Positions 9,218-18,747 of a stretch of DNA of 64,000 nucleotides are shown here, in pieces (within the stretch, counting starts at the first letter, position 1; every line of letters begins with the position of its first letter). A program made the position numbers and the translations under genes. Location: NCBI GenBank assembly GCA_903860135.1, contig CAIOPG010000009.1:37916-101915 (forward strand), in the 5' to 3' direction. The notes below the pieces were generated by a model that saw only the letters and a program-made list of their open reading frames with translations, did not search any database and was not told the DNA's origin. The stretch comes from Candidatus Omnitrophota bacterium. GTDB lineage: Bacteria; Omnitrophota; Gorgyraeia; Zapsychrales; Fredricksoniimonadaceae.

Positions 9218-9877
9218 ATGCACACGCAAAACGATACAAGACACAAAACAAGCCTCAAAAAAGATTTCATCCCCACTTGGATCGAAGATCTATCCCTCCT
9301 AAAAGAATCAAACGCCTCAACCTTTGCCGTTTATCACGTTTTAAAGTTTTATGCCGTAGAATCCCCCACATTTGAGATCCACAAGATAACCGAAGGCGAC
9401 ATCCACGCTCAAACAGGACTTGAGCATAAAACCATCCGCAGGGCTCTTAACAAGCTTGAAAAGCTTGAAAAGATCATACGGATCGGATATTGCCGATACC
9501 GATTAGTTAATTTCTTTAAGTTTTCCACAACTTCGGGCAAAATGCCCGAACCTACCCAAAACCACTTCGGGCAAAATGCCCGAACCACTTCGGGCAAAAT
9601 GCCCGACAACTTCGGGCAAAATGCCCGCCCACTTCGGACAGAATGCCCGAACCCCTTATATTTTAATAGAAACGTAGACAGAGATTTAAAAGAGAGGTCT
9701 GGTGATAAATCACCAATCGAACAGCAAGAACATAACTGGTTGCGTATGCAATACCCGTTTCGTGATCGTGAAGGGTTAAAACAGCATTTAGTTAATAGAG
9801 GCTATTCAGAGCATGACGCAACGATGTTTATGGAAAGTTTTTATCAAGAATATACAGGAAAGGCTGGTGGCAAATGA
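9218..9877 (+). CDS. replication initiator protein (lambda O-like, iterons inside its own gene)
   Basis: 219 aa. N-terminal winged-helix-like region. The central segment is encoded by the iteron array (TSGKMPEPTQNHFGQNARTTSGKMPDNFGQNARP). Confidence 0.6.
   Translation: MHTQNDTRHKTSLKKDFIPTWIEDLSLLKESNASTFAVYHVLKFYAVESPTFEIHKITEGDIHAQTGLEHKTIRRALNKLEKLEKIIRIGYCRYRLVNFFKFSTTSGKMPEPTQNHFGQNARTTSGKMPDNFGQNARPLRTECPNPLYFNRNVDRDLKERSGDKSPIEQQEHNWLRMQYPFRDREGLKQHLVNRGYSEHDATMFMESFYQEYTGKAGGK
9529..9650. repeat. iteron array: 5 copies of palindromic cTTCGGGCAaaaTGCCCGAa (putative replication origin)
   Basis: Copies start at 9531, 9565, 9588, 9610 and 9632 (the last is degenerate: cttcggacagaatgcccga). 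Spacing is ~22 bp for four of them. Each unit contains the inverted repeat TCGGGCA/TGCCCGA. An AT-rich tract follows at 9655-9700. Confidence 0.75.
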
Positions 9878-10176
9878 CAGGAACACAGGTTTGTATGGAA
9901 TTTGACGGAAAAACGTTTGAAAGGAACATGGACGGCCAAAGGCTACGGACACAGCTTGAGCAAGTCTTTGATCTGATGAAAGACGCCTCTTGGCGAACAT
10001 TGCAAGAGATCGCACTTCTTTCCGGTTGTCCAGAGGCATCAATTTCCGCAAGGCTTCGAGATCTCCGCAAGGCAAAGTTTGGCAAGCACAACGTCAACCG
10101 CCGCAGACGTCCGTTGCATGACATTTTCGGGGTTTGGGAATATCAGCTTTTAACGGCTTATAACGGGCTTTATTGA
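9874..10176 (+). CDS. hypothetical winged-HTH-like DNA-binding protein
   Basis: ATGA overlap with rep. 100 aa, basic. Confidence 0.4.
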   Translation: MTGTQVCMEFDGKTFERNMDGQRLRTQLEQVFDLMKDASWRTLQEIALLSGCPEASISARLRDLRKAKFGKHNVNRRRRPLHDIFGVWEYQLLTAYNGLY

Positions 10177-10188
10177 AAGGGGTTTTTA

Positions 10189-10364
10189 TGTTCGGGATGG
10201 AGATTTTAACGGATAAGAAAAAACAGGCCGAGCTTGGCGAGATCGCGCAACGTGTCCTGGGCACGATCAATGAAACGTATCGGCTGGCGAAGGAAAACAA
10301 CGAGATGCTCAAGGATCTGACGGCTTCGGTCGCATGGGCTAAACCAAAGAAAAAGGAGGCGTGA
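10189..10364 (+). CDS. small hypothetical protein
   Basis: ATG preceded by GAAAGGGG. 58 aa, coiled/charged. Confidence 0.3.
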
Positions 10365-10579
10365 ATATGTTCGGATTGATTTTTATATCGTCGGTGTTGG
10401 TTGTTCTAGTGGTCGCTATCCGTTTATCCTCTACATACGAGGTTAAACACGGGCTCATTAACTTGAGAAAGGACATGCCAGATGAAACACTTTCATTGTC
10501 AGATGTGCGAACAGATGCTGGACGGTCAGCCGAAAATGAGGTTTGCTCTGATCGGGTTTTGTTGGGAGCCGTCGCTTAA
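10361..10579 (+). CDS. small membrane protein (single TM)
   Basis: Hydrophobic N-terminus LIFISSVLVVLVVAI. Overlaps the next ORF, so one of the two probably starts later. Confidence 0.25.
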   Translation: MNMFGLIFISSVLVVLVVAIRLSSTYEVKHGLINLRKDMPDETLSLSDVRTDAGRSAENEVCSDRVLLGAVA

Positions 10580-10859
10580 CAAGGATCCCAGCGAGTTATT
10601 GAATATTTGCGAGGCTTGCCAGCACGCTTTTCTGAAAGCCTACGCGAAAGCAAAGAACGAGTGCCTTGAGGCAGTTTACGAGAAGCAAAAAACGGCTTGG
10701 ATTATGGACAAGATGGAAGGCTTGGAAAAAGCGCGCGGCAGGGTGAGCGTTGGATCTGCAAGGACAGTCAACCGCCTATCCCCCGCACAGGAAGCAATGG
10801 CCGATAATGGGCGCTGGAATTACAGCCACAACGAAGCGCAAAAGGTTTGGAGGTTTTAA
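10482..10859 (+). CDS. zinc-finger (2x CxxC) protein
   Basis: HCQMCEQM ... ICEACQHAF. Start uncertain (alternative ATGs at 10503 and 10536). Confidence 0.4.
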   Translation: MKHFHCQMCEQMLDGQPKMRFALIGFCWEPSLNKDPSELLNICEACQHAFLKAYAKAKNECLEAVYEKQKTAWIMDKMEGLEKARGRVSVGSARTVNRLSPAQEAMADNGRWNYSHNEAQKVWRF

Positions 10860-10861
10860 GA

Positions 10862-11071
10862 ATGCGATATGACAATGTAGAGCGTGAATGTAAGAATTTC
10901 CTTCAAAGAATATCTGGATCCGAAAACGCAAGCGGCGGGATTGTTCCACCTGAACATGCTTTGTCCTTCGCCCACCTTGATAAAGATGAAGCATGTTTGT
11001 TCTATTCCGCAGAGTGCCAAGAAGGAAGATACCTTGTAATAATGCAGCCTAAAATTAAAGGAGGCGCATAA
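10862..11071 (+). CDS. hypothetical protein
   Basis: GGAGG RBS 8 nt upstream of the ATG. 69 aa. Confidence 0.35.
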   Translation: MRYDNVERECKNFLQRISGSENASGGIVPPEHALSFAHLDKDEACLFYSAECQEGRYLVIMQPKIKGGA

Positions 11072-11428
11072 ATGGCAAAGTCAGCAACGAGTTTTGCAAA
11101 GAAGGTTTTTGAAGCGCCGTGTCCTTCATGTCACAGCAAGGATGCAATCGGTAAAACCCGTTGTCCATGTGGCGCACAGCGCAGGGCAAATGGTCAGGTT
11201 TATTTTGACGGCAAAGACATTGAAAAGCCCGTTGCGCCCGTGTCCGAGCCCGTCAAATCACCCGTTAAAACAAAAACGGGCTCTCCGTCGGTGAGCCCAT
11301 TAAAAAAAAGGAGCCCGTCAAATGGTAAGAAAGAGCCCGTCAAAAGCCCGTCAAAAACCCGTGTTGAGCCCGTCACCGAGCCCGTCCGAGCCCGTGAAAG
11401 TAGCCTCTCCACATACTTCTATGACTGA
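11072..11428 (+). CDS. Zn-ribbon protein with lysine/proline/serine-rich (histone H1-like) tail
   Basis: AAGGAGG RBS. CPSCHS...CPCGAQ followed by (E)PVKSP repeats. Confidence 0.45.
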   Translation: MAKSATSFAKKVFEAPCPSCHSKDAIGKTRCPCGAQRRANGQVYFDGKDIEKPVAPVSEPVKSPVKTKTGSPSVSPLKKRSPSNGKKEPVKSPSKTRVEPVTEPVRARESSLSTYFYD

Positions 11429-11915
11429 TCCGGAAAATGTGAGAATGAGCGCACAGGATTCGGGGCTGGATGATCTTGTTGCAAAGCTGGGATCCGGTGC
11501 AAGTGCGCCAGCGGCCGATCCCTCCCCCGCTATGGTTGAGCCGGCAGATCTTGAGATATATAAAAGGCTGGTTAAGCCGGTTTGTTTGGTGGCCGGCTGG
11601 GGCATCGACAAGATCAACCGGCGCTTTCTTAAGTGTGAGTTCACGCCGTTCACGGATGGTCAGGTCGCCATGCTTGAGGATGATCTATCTTTTGTATTAA
11701 AGGACGCGCTGGACAAGATCTTGCCAGACATGGCCAAGAAAAACCCGCGCATGGTGTCGCTTGTGATGATCTTCGGGATGATCTACGCATCCAACACGCG
11801 CCGGATCATAGAGGCGCCGAAGCCGGCAGAGCCAGCCAAAGAAACAAAGCCCGTGCCGAGCGTGCATGAGGTTCACATCAAAACAGCAGAAGGCGTGATC
11901 GGGGGCATTCAATGA
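11421..11915 (+). CDS. hypothetical protein (ATGA-overlapping start; the ORF track extends it upstream to 11322)
   Basis: ATG at 11421 overlaps the stop of the preceding gene in the typical phage fashion. The upstream extension overlaps the previous CDS by 107 nt. Confidence 0.4.
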   Translation: MTDPENVRMSAQDSGLDDLVAKLGSGASAPAADPSPAMVEPADLEIYKRLVKPVCLVAGWGIDKINRRFLKCEFTPFTDGQVAMLEDDLSFVLKDALDKILPDMAKKNPRMVSLVMIFGMIYASNTRRIIEAPKPAEPAKETKPVPSVHEVHIKTAEGVIGGIQ

Positions 11916-12386
11916 GGATAGACAATATCATCAACCTTTGGGATCCGCGCCAGCGCGGGTGCGGCGTGGTGTTCGTTCCGTTTGGGATCTACATTTTCAA
12001 AGGATACATGACGCTTGAGGTGCTTAATTTTCGGATCAACATTTCATTTAAAAGGGATTAACCATGTCACACGCTTGCGCTTCATGCGCCTTTTGGCGCC
12101 GGATTAACCCGTATGATGCCGGCGAATGCCGCAAGAACGCGCCGCAACCTTCACAAGGCGGCTACAAGTTCCCCGTTACGGATCCGCATGTGTATTGCGG
12201 CCAATGGTCAACCGAGTTCAGAAAGGATGCTCCAAATGCCTAAGTGCGATTTCTTCATTATCCCGATGTTTACGTCGATGACACCCGTGCGGCTTCAAGT
12301 GTTCGATTTCGTGGCCTATCGGGTCGGCGGCGTCAGTTATTGGAGCATAACGATCTTAAATTTCGTCTTTGTTGTGGGGGTATAAA

Positions 12387-12632
12387 GTGAAAATTACAAA
12401 ATGGGTCAGCGTTGATGTTGAGGTTGACGTTGACGTATCAAGTGAGGATATACCGGAAATCTTTTCAAAGTCGTGTGAATGCTACCATGATTTCTTGGCG
12501 ATATTGAACAGGTTCTTTTCTGTAATGAAGAACATGCCGGATCACATTATTAAGGACATGACGGAGAAACAGCGTGAAATAACAAAAAACTACCTTATTG
12601 AACAGTCAAAAAGGTTTTCAGATGCACAATGA
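12387..12632 (+). CDS. small acidic hypothetical protein
   Basis: GTG start. 81 aa. Ends inside the ATPase start region. Confidence 0.3.
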   Translation: MKITKWVSVDVEVDVDVSSEDIPEIFSKSCECYHDFLAILNRFFSVMKNMPDHIIKDMTEKQREITKNYLIEQSKRFSDAQ

Positions 12633-13233
12633 AATCATCGTCATTCTAGGCAAGAAAGGATCTGGCAAAACGGTCATGGCGCGGCATATGGTCAGCGACA
12701 AGCGCCGTCTGATCGTCTACGATCCCATGCGGCAGTTTTCGTCATGCGGCGTCGTGCTGGTGCGCTTCGAGGATCTTGTTGCCTACATCAGCCACAACAG
12801 GCGCGGCCACTTCCGCGCGGTTTACCAGCCAGAGATCCCGATTGATGCAACAAACGACATAGTGCGTGCCGAGTTCATCCGCATGTGTGATCTGGTCAAT
12901 CGGCTGGTCAACGTGTATTTCCTTGTCGATGAAATTGATAATTGCCTCCCCCCGCGTGACCGTGAGAACGGCTTTTTCAAGAACATGATCCAGCGCGGCC
13001 GGCACGCGCAAGTCAGCCTTGTTGCAACGACGATCCGCTACACGGACACCCAGCGCAATTTGACCGCCCAGGCAGACACGATCATTTGCTTTCATACGCA
13101 TGAGCCGTCTGACGTTAAGTATTTCCGCAATTACTTCGGGGTCATGGCTGACGATCTCCACCAACTCCCCCCCTATCATTATGTCAAATACGATAAAGGA
13201 CAAGTCAGCCGCCATGAGCCTATCAGATTATAA
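12622..13233 (+). CDS. P-loop ATPase, putative genome-packaging ATPase (FtsK/HerA-A32-like small ATPase of membrane-containing phages)
   Basis: Walker A ILGKKGSGKT and Walker B YFLVDEIDN. ~204 aa, no TM segment. Confidence 0.55.
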   Translation: MHNEIIVILGKKGSGKTVMARHMVSDKRRLIVYDPMRQFSSCGVVLVRFEDLVAYISHNRRGHFRAVYQPEIPIDATNDIVRAEFIRMCDLVNRLVNVYFLVDEIDNCLPPRDRENGFFKNMIQRGRHAQVSLVATTIRYTDTQRNLTAQADTIICFHTHEPSDVKYFRNYFGVMADDLHQLPPYHYVKYDKGQVSRHEPIRL

Positions 13234-13730
13234 AAAAATTGATGTTGAGATTAGCGAACAGCCACTACCAGCGCAATTTGATGATGATCCAAAGATATTC
13301 CAGCAAGTGTATTTCGACGCACTTGGTGTTTTGGTCGGTATGCGCGTAAGGAAAGGAAGAAAGCGTGCCAAAGCCAAAGCGTAAAAACCAAAAAGAGTTC
13401 GCTTTTTGCCTTTGTGGATGCGGTCGGCGTTTCAGAGTTTACCCTTGCCGGCCTCAATTTTTCGCATCATCAACATGCCGCTGGCTTCTGATAAAAAAGA
13501 TACTTGCCGACTATATGCACAAAACGCACGTTTCCACGTTCTCCGTCGAGAAAAACACCGCTTAAAACCGTTTTAAAGCCACGATCTCCACTAGAGACAT
13601 GTCATTACATGGCTCTTTTTTTGTTTTATATGCGAATTCCTTCGTTTGACGAGCCCGTGAGCCTTCCGGCAATCTGAAAAGGTAATGTTCGACCATAACG
13701 GTCAACAACAAAAACCGAAAGGAAAAGCAA

Positions 13731-13841
13731 ATGTTCTCTAAAGAAGCCCTCATCAAGTTCGCGATTTTGGTTGCGGCCGTAGTGGTCGGTAACATCGCCA
13801 CCGGTTATGTTCAGGCGTTTTTGCCTAAGAAAACGGCATAA
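13731..13841 (+). CDS. 36-aa single-TM protein (virion membrane/coat-like)
   Basis: RBS GGAAAAG then ATG. MFSKEALIKFAILVAAVVVGNIATGYVQAFLPKKTA. Below the ORF-track size cutoff, found by eye. Confidence 0.35.
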   Translation: MFSKEALIKFAILVAAVVVGNIATGYVQAFLPKKTA

Positions 13842-13856
13842 GCGAAAGGAACGATC

Positions 13857-14009
13857 ATGCAGAAGTTACTTGTTTCCGTTCTTGTGGTAGTGGTCGCGAT
13901 AATCGCGGCTGGCGTGCTTCTCGATGAAGCCGGTAAAGGCACTCTTGGCGGGTTCGTTCAGAGCTTGGCTAAGAAAACAACCAGCGGCTATGGGTCGCTG
14001 AACGCTTAA
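13857..14009 (+). CDS. 50-aa single-TM protein
   Basis: RBS AAAGGA. MQKLLVSVLVVVVAIIAAGVLL... Confidence 0.35.
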   Translation: MQKLLVSVLVVVVAIIAAGVLLDEAGKGTLGGFVQSLAKKTTSGYGSLNA

Positions 14010-14033
14010 AACATTTAAAAAGGAGTTTTTCAG

Positions 14034-14885
14034 ATGCAGATATTCATGTTTCCCACAACCAGAGGATTAGGCACGATCCCAGGCGTTGCCGCTGGCGCTC
14101 TTTTGACCGCCAAGATCCCCACGAACGGCAAGAAGTACGGCTTCTTCCTTCTTGGTAAGACGGCCGCTGGCGTAGCGCTGACAGCCGCACAGCTGAACGC
14201 TGACATTGGCGACATCGTTGTCCGTGTTAAGGGTGAAGCGAAGATCGAAGCATCCTGCACAGAGTTGCTGATGATCCAGAAGTATTTAGGCGACGCGAAC
14301 GTTGCCGGCAACATCAGCGGGATCGTTCCGATCTTCCTGACGCCGCGCGATCTCGCAACGTATCAAGAACGCCGTGCGCTGGCTTGGGGCACAGCCGACA
14401 TCGACAGCATCACCATTGAGATCAAGATCGTTGGCGTGGCACAGCTCGCCAGCCTTGAGCTCTTTGAGTATGCGTCTGATGAGCAGGAAGTGCTTGGCAC
14501 TCACCTGACGATCCGCCGTTTCCCGCATTCGTTTGCGTCAACGGGCGTGCAGGAGATCTCCGACCTTGTCAGCAACGTGCCTGACATGGCGTATCGCACG
14601 ATCTTCTTGCAGAAGAACACCGCCGACATCACAAATGTCAGCTGTAAGGTCAACAACGCGCTGGTCTACGATCAGGTTCCGGAAGCGTTAAACAACGTAT
14701 TGAACGAGGACGGCAACCGCAAGGCGCAGTCTGGTTATTACGCGATTGACTTCTCCCGCATTCGCGATCTCGCAGGGATGCTCCCGATGAAGGGCATTAC
14801 GGACTTCCGCGTCACCCCGACATGGGCGACCAATGCGCCGGCGAGTTACAACATCATCGGCATCATCTATAAGGGCTTGAAATAA
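14034..14885 (+). CDS. putative major capsid protein (size and position consistent with a double jelly-roll MCP)
   Basis: RBS AAAGGAG. 283 aa, beta-rich composition, no TM segment. The largest soluble protein in the structural block. Confidence 0.45.
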   Translation: MQIFMFPTTRGLGTIPGVAAGALLTAKIPTNGKKYGFFLLGKTAAGVALTAAQLNADIGDIVVRVKGEAKIEASCTELLMIQKYLGDANVAGNISGIVPIFLTPRDLATYQERRALAWGTADIDSITIEIKIVGVAQLASLELFEYASDEQEVLGTHLTIRRFPHSFASTGVQEISDLVSNVPDMAYRTIFLQKNTADITNVSCKVNNALVYDQVPEALNNVLNEDGNRKAQSGYYAIDFSRIRDLAGMLPMKGITDFRVTPTWATNAPASYNIIGIIYKGLK

Positions 14886-14910
14886 GCCTAAATAGAAAGG
14901 GGCGTCTTGT

Positions 14911-15198
14911 ATGGCAAATGAAACGACGACGGCACAACCGTCATCATGGTTAGACACCCTCGGCGGCTGGGTAACATCAGCCGGTAAGATCTTCAACGCT
15001 GGATCCGAGGTTTACGTTGCGGCACAGCAACGGTTGAACGCGATTGAAAGCGTCAACGAGGACACGGTCAAGGCTTCAACGCCCGCCGCGCCCAAAATTG
15101 TGTCAGGTATGCCGAGTTCAATGCCGTCTTGGGTAATGCCAGCGGCAATCGCGGCCGGTGTGCTTGTTCTCATCATCATCGTGAGAAAGTTGAGGTAA
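14911..15198 (+). CDS. C-terminally membrane-anchored protein
   Basis: C-terminal TM segment PAAIAAGVLVLIIIV. Confidence 0.4.
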   Translation: MANETTTAQPSSWLDTLGGWVTSAGKIFNAGSEVYVAAQQRLNAIESVNEDTVKASTPAAPKIVSGMPSSMPSWVMPAAIAAGVLVLIIIVRKLR

Positions 15199-15201
15199 GC
15201 C

Positions 15202-15408
15202 ATGCTTCCAGCCGCAGGCGCCGCAATGATGGGAAGTTCGCCTTCCTTCTCATCTGGTGCTACATCAGGGGCAACAGGAAGATCGGGCGATATTACGAGT
15301 TCGTATATGTCAGGCGACTTCACGGTCGGTGGTGACAAAAACATGATCTGGATATTCGTTGTCGCCGGTGCAGTAGCAATCGCCTTTTTCGCGTTCAAAG
15401 GTAAGTAA
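15202..15408 (+). CDS. C-terminally membrane-anchored protein
   Basis: C-terminal TM segment IWIFVVAGAVAIAFFAF. Confidence 0.4.
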   Translation: MLPAAGAAMMGSSPSFSSGATSGATGRSGDITSSYMSGDFTVGGDKNMIWIFVVAGAVAIAFFAFKGK

Positions 15409-15816
15409 GTGATAGTCACGGCCAGAAAAACGGCCTATGACGATCAAAAGCATCGTGTTCTTTTAGAAAAGATAGATCCAGCCGTCGGCGTGGCATGCCT
15501 TGCCGGCACGGTTCAGAGAGATCTGATAATGCTCTTTGAGGTTCACGCCGACGGCCTTCTCCTTGGGATATTCTTGGCAAGGATTGACCGCCTGATTGAT
15601 GGCGGCCGCGATCTGGTTATATGCCACGCGGCGGCAGTTGATAAGCCATCGATAGCCATGACAAGGATCCTAAATGCGATCTTTGACCAAGTCGCCCGTG
15701 ATTATGGGCTTAACTCGGTACGGATCCACTCGGACAAGAAGGGGCTGGATCGAATAATGGAAAAAAACAATTACGTATTTCAAGAGGCCGTTTATAGAAA
15801 GGTCATAGATGTCTAA
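15409..15816 (+). CDS. hypothetical soluble protein
   Basis: GTG start abutting the previous stop. 135 aa. Confidence 0.35.
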   Translation: MIVTARKTAYDDQKHRVLLEKIDPAVGVACLAGTVQRDLIMLFEVHADGLLLGIFLARIDRLIDGGRDLVICHAAAVDKPSIAMTRILNAIFDQVARDYGLNSVRIHSDKKGLDRIMEKNNYVFQEAVYRKVIDV

Positions 15817-16195
15817 GTCAGGCTCAAGCTCAACAAGTTCATCCACCACACAGAACAACAGCGAAGATAATCGCGTTGTCGGTGAGGGCGGCTCGCTTGT
15901 TCTTGGAAAAGATGCGATCTATAACGTGGCAAACGAGCTATCCCCCAACATGCTTGCCGCGCTCAATTCCTTTGTAGGTTTGGTGCGTGACGCCGGCACG
16001 GTTGTTGTTGATACGGCTGACAAGGCCAATCAATCCGCACAGGCCAGCATTGCGGCCGTCACCAGCGCGATCCAGAACGACAAGACAGGCACAACCACAA
16101 CAGAGCAATCAATCGTCAAATACATCCCGCTTGTTATCGGCGCGGGCATCATCATTTTTGTGTTGATTAAGATGTTTAACGGAAAGAAGGCATAA
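15809..16195 (+). CDS. Ser/Thr-rich protein with C-terminal TM anchor
   Basis: C-terminal TM segment IPLVIGAGIIIFVLI. Confidence 0.4.
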   Translation: MSKSGSSSTSSSTTQNNSEDNRVVGEGGSLVLGKDAIYNVANELSPNMLAALNSFVGLVRDAGTVVVDTADKANQSAQASIAAVTSAIQNDKTGTTTTEQSIVKYIPLVIGAGIIIFVLIKMFNGKKA

Positions 16196-16196
16196 C

Positions 16197-16781
16197 ATGC
16201 AGGGATCATCCTATCAAAGCATTACGCTTGTTTTATTGGCCGGAGAAACGCGCGCGGTGATGGCTTATGGCCGTTATCTCCGCATCTTGGACAATTCAAT
16301 CGCGACGCATCCACAAGTAAAGATCGCTGACAACCCCGAACAGGAGTTACAGGCCGGCGTTGGCATTGAGATCTTCGGAGGTCAGGAGAATTCCTTCTCT
16401 AATGTTCTTGTTCGCAACCCTGCGGCTGGTGTAATGACGCTAAAGATCGCCATTTCCAGCGGCCAGATTGACGACAGCAGATTGACGCTGACAGGCACAA
16501 TTTTGACACAGCCAGCACAGACAGCAACAGGCACGGACGCGGCAGACATAACAACCGGCGCCGCCGCAAAGGTGTTTTCGTCCGCTTCTTGTAAGTCGGT
16601 TTTGATACAGGCAGACTTCACGAACGGCGCAAACGTGTTTTTAGGTTTTGCAAATACTGTCAGCGCAACGCGCAAGGTGATCGCGCTTTCCGCTGGCATG
16701 GCGTTTCAGTTCGATAATTTCAACGGCGATATATGGGCGTATTCCGCCGCCGCGCAAAAAATATCTGTTTCTTCTTGGTAA
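16197..16781 (+). CDS. putative virion structural protein
   Basis: 194 aa, beta-rich, Gly/Ala/Thr-rich. Confidence 0.4.
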   Translation: MQGSSYQSITLVLLAGETRAVMAYGRYLRILDNSIATHPQVKIADNPEQELQAGVGIEIFGGQENSFSNVLVRNPAAGVMTLKIAISSGQIDDSRLTLTGTILTQPAQTATGTDAADITTGAAAKVFSSASCKSVLIQADFTNGANVFLGFANTVSATRKVIALSAGMAFQFDNFNGDIWAYSAAAQKISVSSW

Positions 16782-16795
16782 AGAAAGGCACTTAA

Positions 16796-17791
16796 ATGAT
16801 TGTTACGCCTCCTTTTAATTCAGCTGTATTAAATACCATTTGGGCGAATATCGCACTTCTGGCCTTCCGCGATCAGGTATTTGACAGCGTTGCCGTTCAA
16901 AAGATGGTGGATGGCTTTGTTGACGAGTACGAGGACGAGACTGGAGTTTACCTTGTAAATTCTACTGGTCAAGTTTATGACAGCACAAATGATTTCTATT
17001 CACCGTCGTTCGCGGCCGCCCTTGTCGCCTATAACACCGGAACGGAAGTCAAAGATACAACCAACAATATAGGAAACGGCTTTAATAATACGACCGTACA
17101 GACGGCGGCTAATTCTGAACGTAAACTTATTTCAGGAAGCGGCTCCGGCGCGCTTTATATCGGTAAAGATTGGGGGGTAGGAAATTCTAAAATAATTTCG
17201 GGCTTCAAAATTTATGCGCCATCCAACGAGAAAATATCTCAAACATTAAACACCGTCACGTTAAAACTTCGTGGCTCAAATAACGGGTCGTCCTGGACTG
17301 ATTTAATGACAACGACCGTTTTCGCAGGTAATGCAGGTGACGTTATTGATGTAACCACCGGCATAACGACAACAACAGGTTATCGCTACCATTCTGTTTA
17401 TATTCTTGAAACTGCTGGTTGGGGCTCTGGCGATCACTATTTGCAAGTCGCGGAAGTTCAGTTTTATGAACAGTCCGTGAACAATAATATGTCATTGGTC
17501 AGCAACCCTTTTACTGCCGTAACACAGGCAAACAAGGCGCGTATTGTTGTTTTCCAAGAGGACGTTGACGCAATAACCCTCAATACTGATTTGATAGCCA
17601 GCGTTTCACGCGGTGTTAATTATACGCCAGTAGTTCTTTCAAACATGGGAACGTATGAAACAGGCAAAAATATTCTTGTAGGGCTGGTTGATATTTCAGG
17701 TCAGCCCGCCGGAACAAATATGCGGTATAAACTCGATACCGCCAACAGTAAAAATTTAAAAATTCACGGAACGGGGCTCTTATGGCAATAA
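16796..17791 (+). CDS. putative spike / receptor-binding protein
   Basis: 331 aa with Asn/Thr/Gly-rich beta-sandwich-like C-terminal half. Size similar to the PM2 spike. Confidence 0.4.
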   Translation: MIVTPPFNSAVLNTIWANIALLAFRDQVFDSVAVQKMVDGFVDEYEDETGVYLVNSTGQVYDSTNDFYSPSFAAALVAYNTGTEVKDTTNNIGNGFNNTTVQTAANSERKLISGSGSGALYIGKDWGVGNSKIISGFKIYAPSNEKISQTLNTVTLKLRGSNNGSSWTDLMTTTVFAGNAGDVIDVTTGITTTTGYRYHSVYILETAGWGSGDHYLQVAEVQFYEQSVNNNMSLVSNPFTAVTQANKARIVVFQEDVDAITLNTDLIASVSRGVNYTPVVLSNMGTYETGKNILVGLVDISGQPAGTNMRYKLDTANSKNLKIHGTGLLWQ

Positions 17792-17912
17792 AACGATTAA
17801 CAGTTCAATCTGGTGCGTCAGATGCAAAGATCGACGCGCTGATCGAGAAGCTCAAGACTAAAGGCGTGATCTCCGCCGTTGAAGCTGACGACGCAAAGAA
17901 AGGCAAGAAATA

Positions 17913-18104
17913 ATGTGGTTCCTTCTCCCCCTGATCGGCCTTGGCGGTGCATTCGTTGGCGCTCAAGTGGATAACGCGGTGCAGAGTTCAGCGGCCGCGC
18001 CTCAAGTGATCGACCAGAGCAAAGCGCCTTGGTGGATCCCCTATCTGATCGCCGGCATTGTCGGCCTGATCGCGTGGCAGTTCATCAAAAAGGCGGTCAA
18101 ATGA
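17913..18104 (+). CDS. small 2-TM membrane protein
   Basis: Two hydrophobic helices. Confidence 0.35.
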   Translation: MWFLLPLIGLGGAFVGAQVDNAVQSSAAAPQVIDQSKAPWWIPYLIAGIVGLIAWQFIKKAVK

Positions 18105-18222
18105 TAGATGCCATGCAGTTTGCAGTTGTTCTCACGTTGGGGATCGCTTGCGGCTGGGGCGCTACGCTGTACCTTATCGGGTGCGGCTACTTCCAAGATG
18201 ATTTTGACAAGCTGGGGCGCCC

Positions 18223-18450
18223 ATGATCGCATGGCTCAAAAAGCTCCTTTCAGGTTTTAATTTCGGATCCGGCGCCGTGATCGGCAAATGGATCTTTTAC
18301 CTTTGTGTTTTTGCCGTGTTCATGTTCGGGTGGTCAACCATGACCGGCAAGAAAACAACGACGAGCCAGAAGGCCGAGCAAATGACAAACTACACCTACA
18401 CGCCGCAACAGACATTCGGTTGCATGCGTATTGACGTGAAAGGCAACTGA
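18223..18450 (+). CDS. small membrane protein
   Basis: TM segment WIFYLCVFAVFMFGW. Confidence 0.35.
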   Translation: MIAWLKKLLSGFNFGSGAVIGKWIFYLCVFAVFMFGWSTMTGKKTTTSQKAEQMTNYTYTPQQTFGCMRIDVKGN

Positions 18451-18747
18451 TGAACATTGAAACGGCTTTCCAGCTTCTTAACACGGCTTTAGTGGCTGTT
18501 TGCGCGTTCAGCCTTAACAGCATGGCCGGCGACATCCGCGAGATCCGCGCCGACATCAAGACGCATATTTCTGATCACACGGTTCATTGCAAATATCCAA
18601 CAACGAAAGGTTGCTAACATGGCAGATCTGATCCCCACGAATTTCAAAGTCACCGTTGACATAACCCCAGGCGCTATGATCTTTTTAGGCGCGGCGATCG
18701 TTTTCATCGTCTTTACAGCTAAATAAGATCTCGCCTAACCCCTCACC

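Noticed and set aside
12113-12235. N-terminal 41 codons of ORF 12113-12385
   Set aside because: It overlaps a better-supported Cys-rich 59-aa ORF (12064-12243) in another frame. The likely real start is the ATG at 12236, overlapping that ORF's stop.
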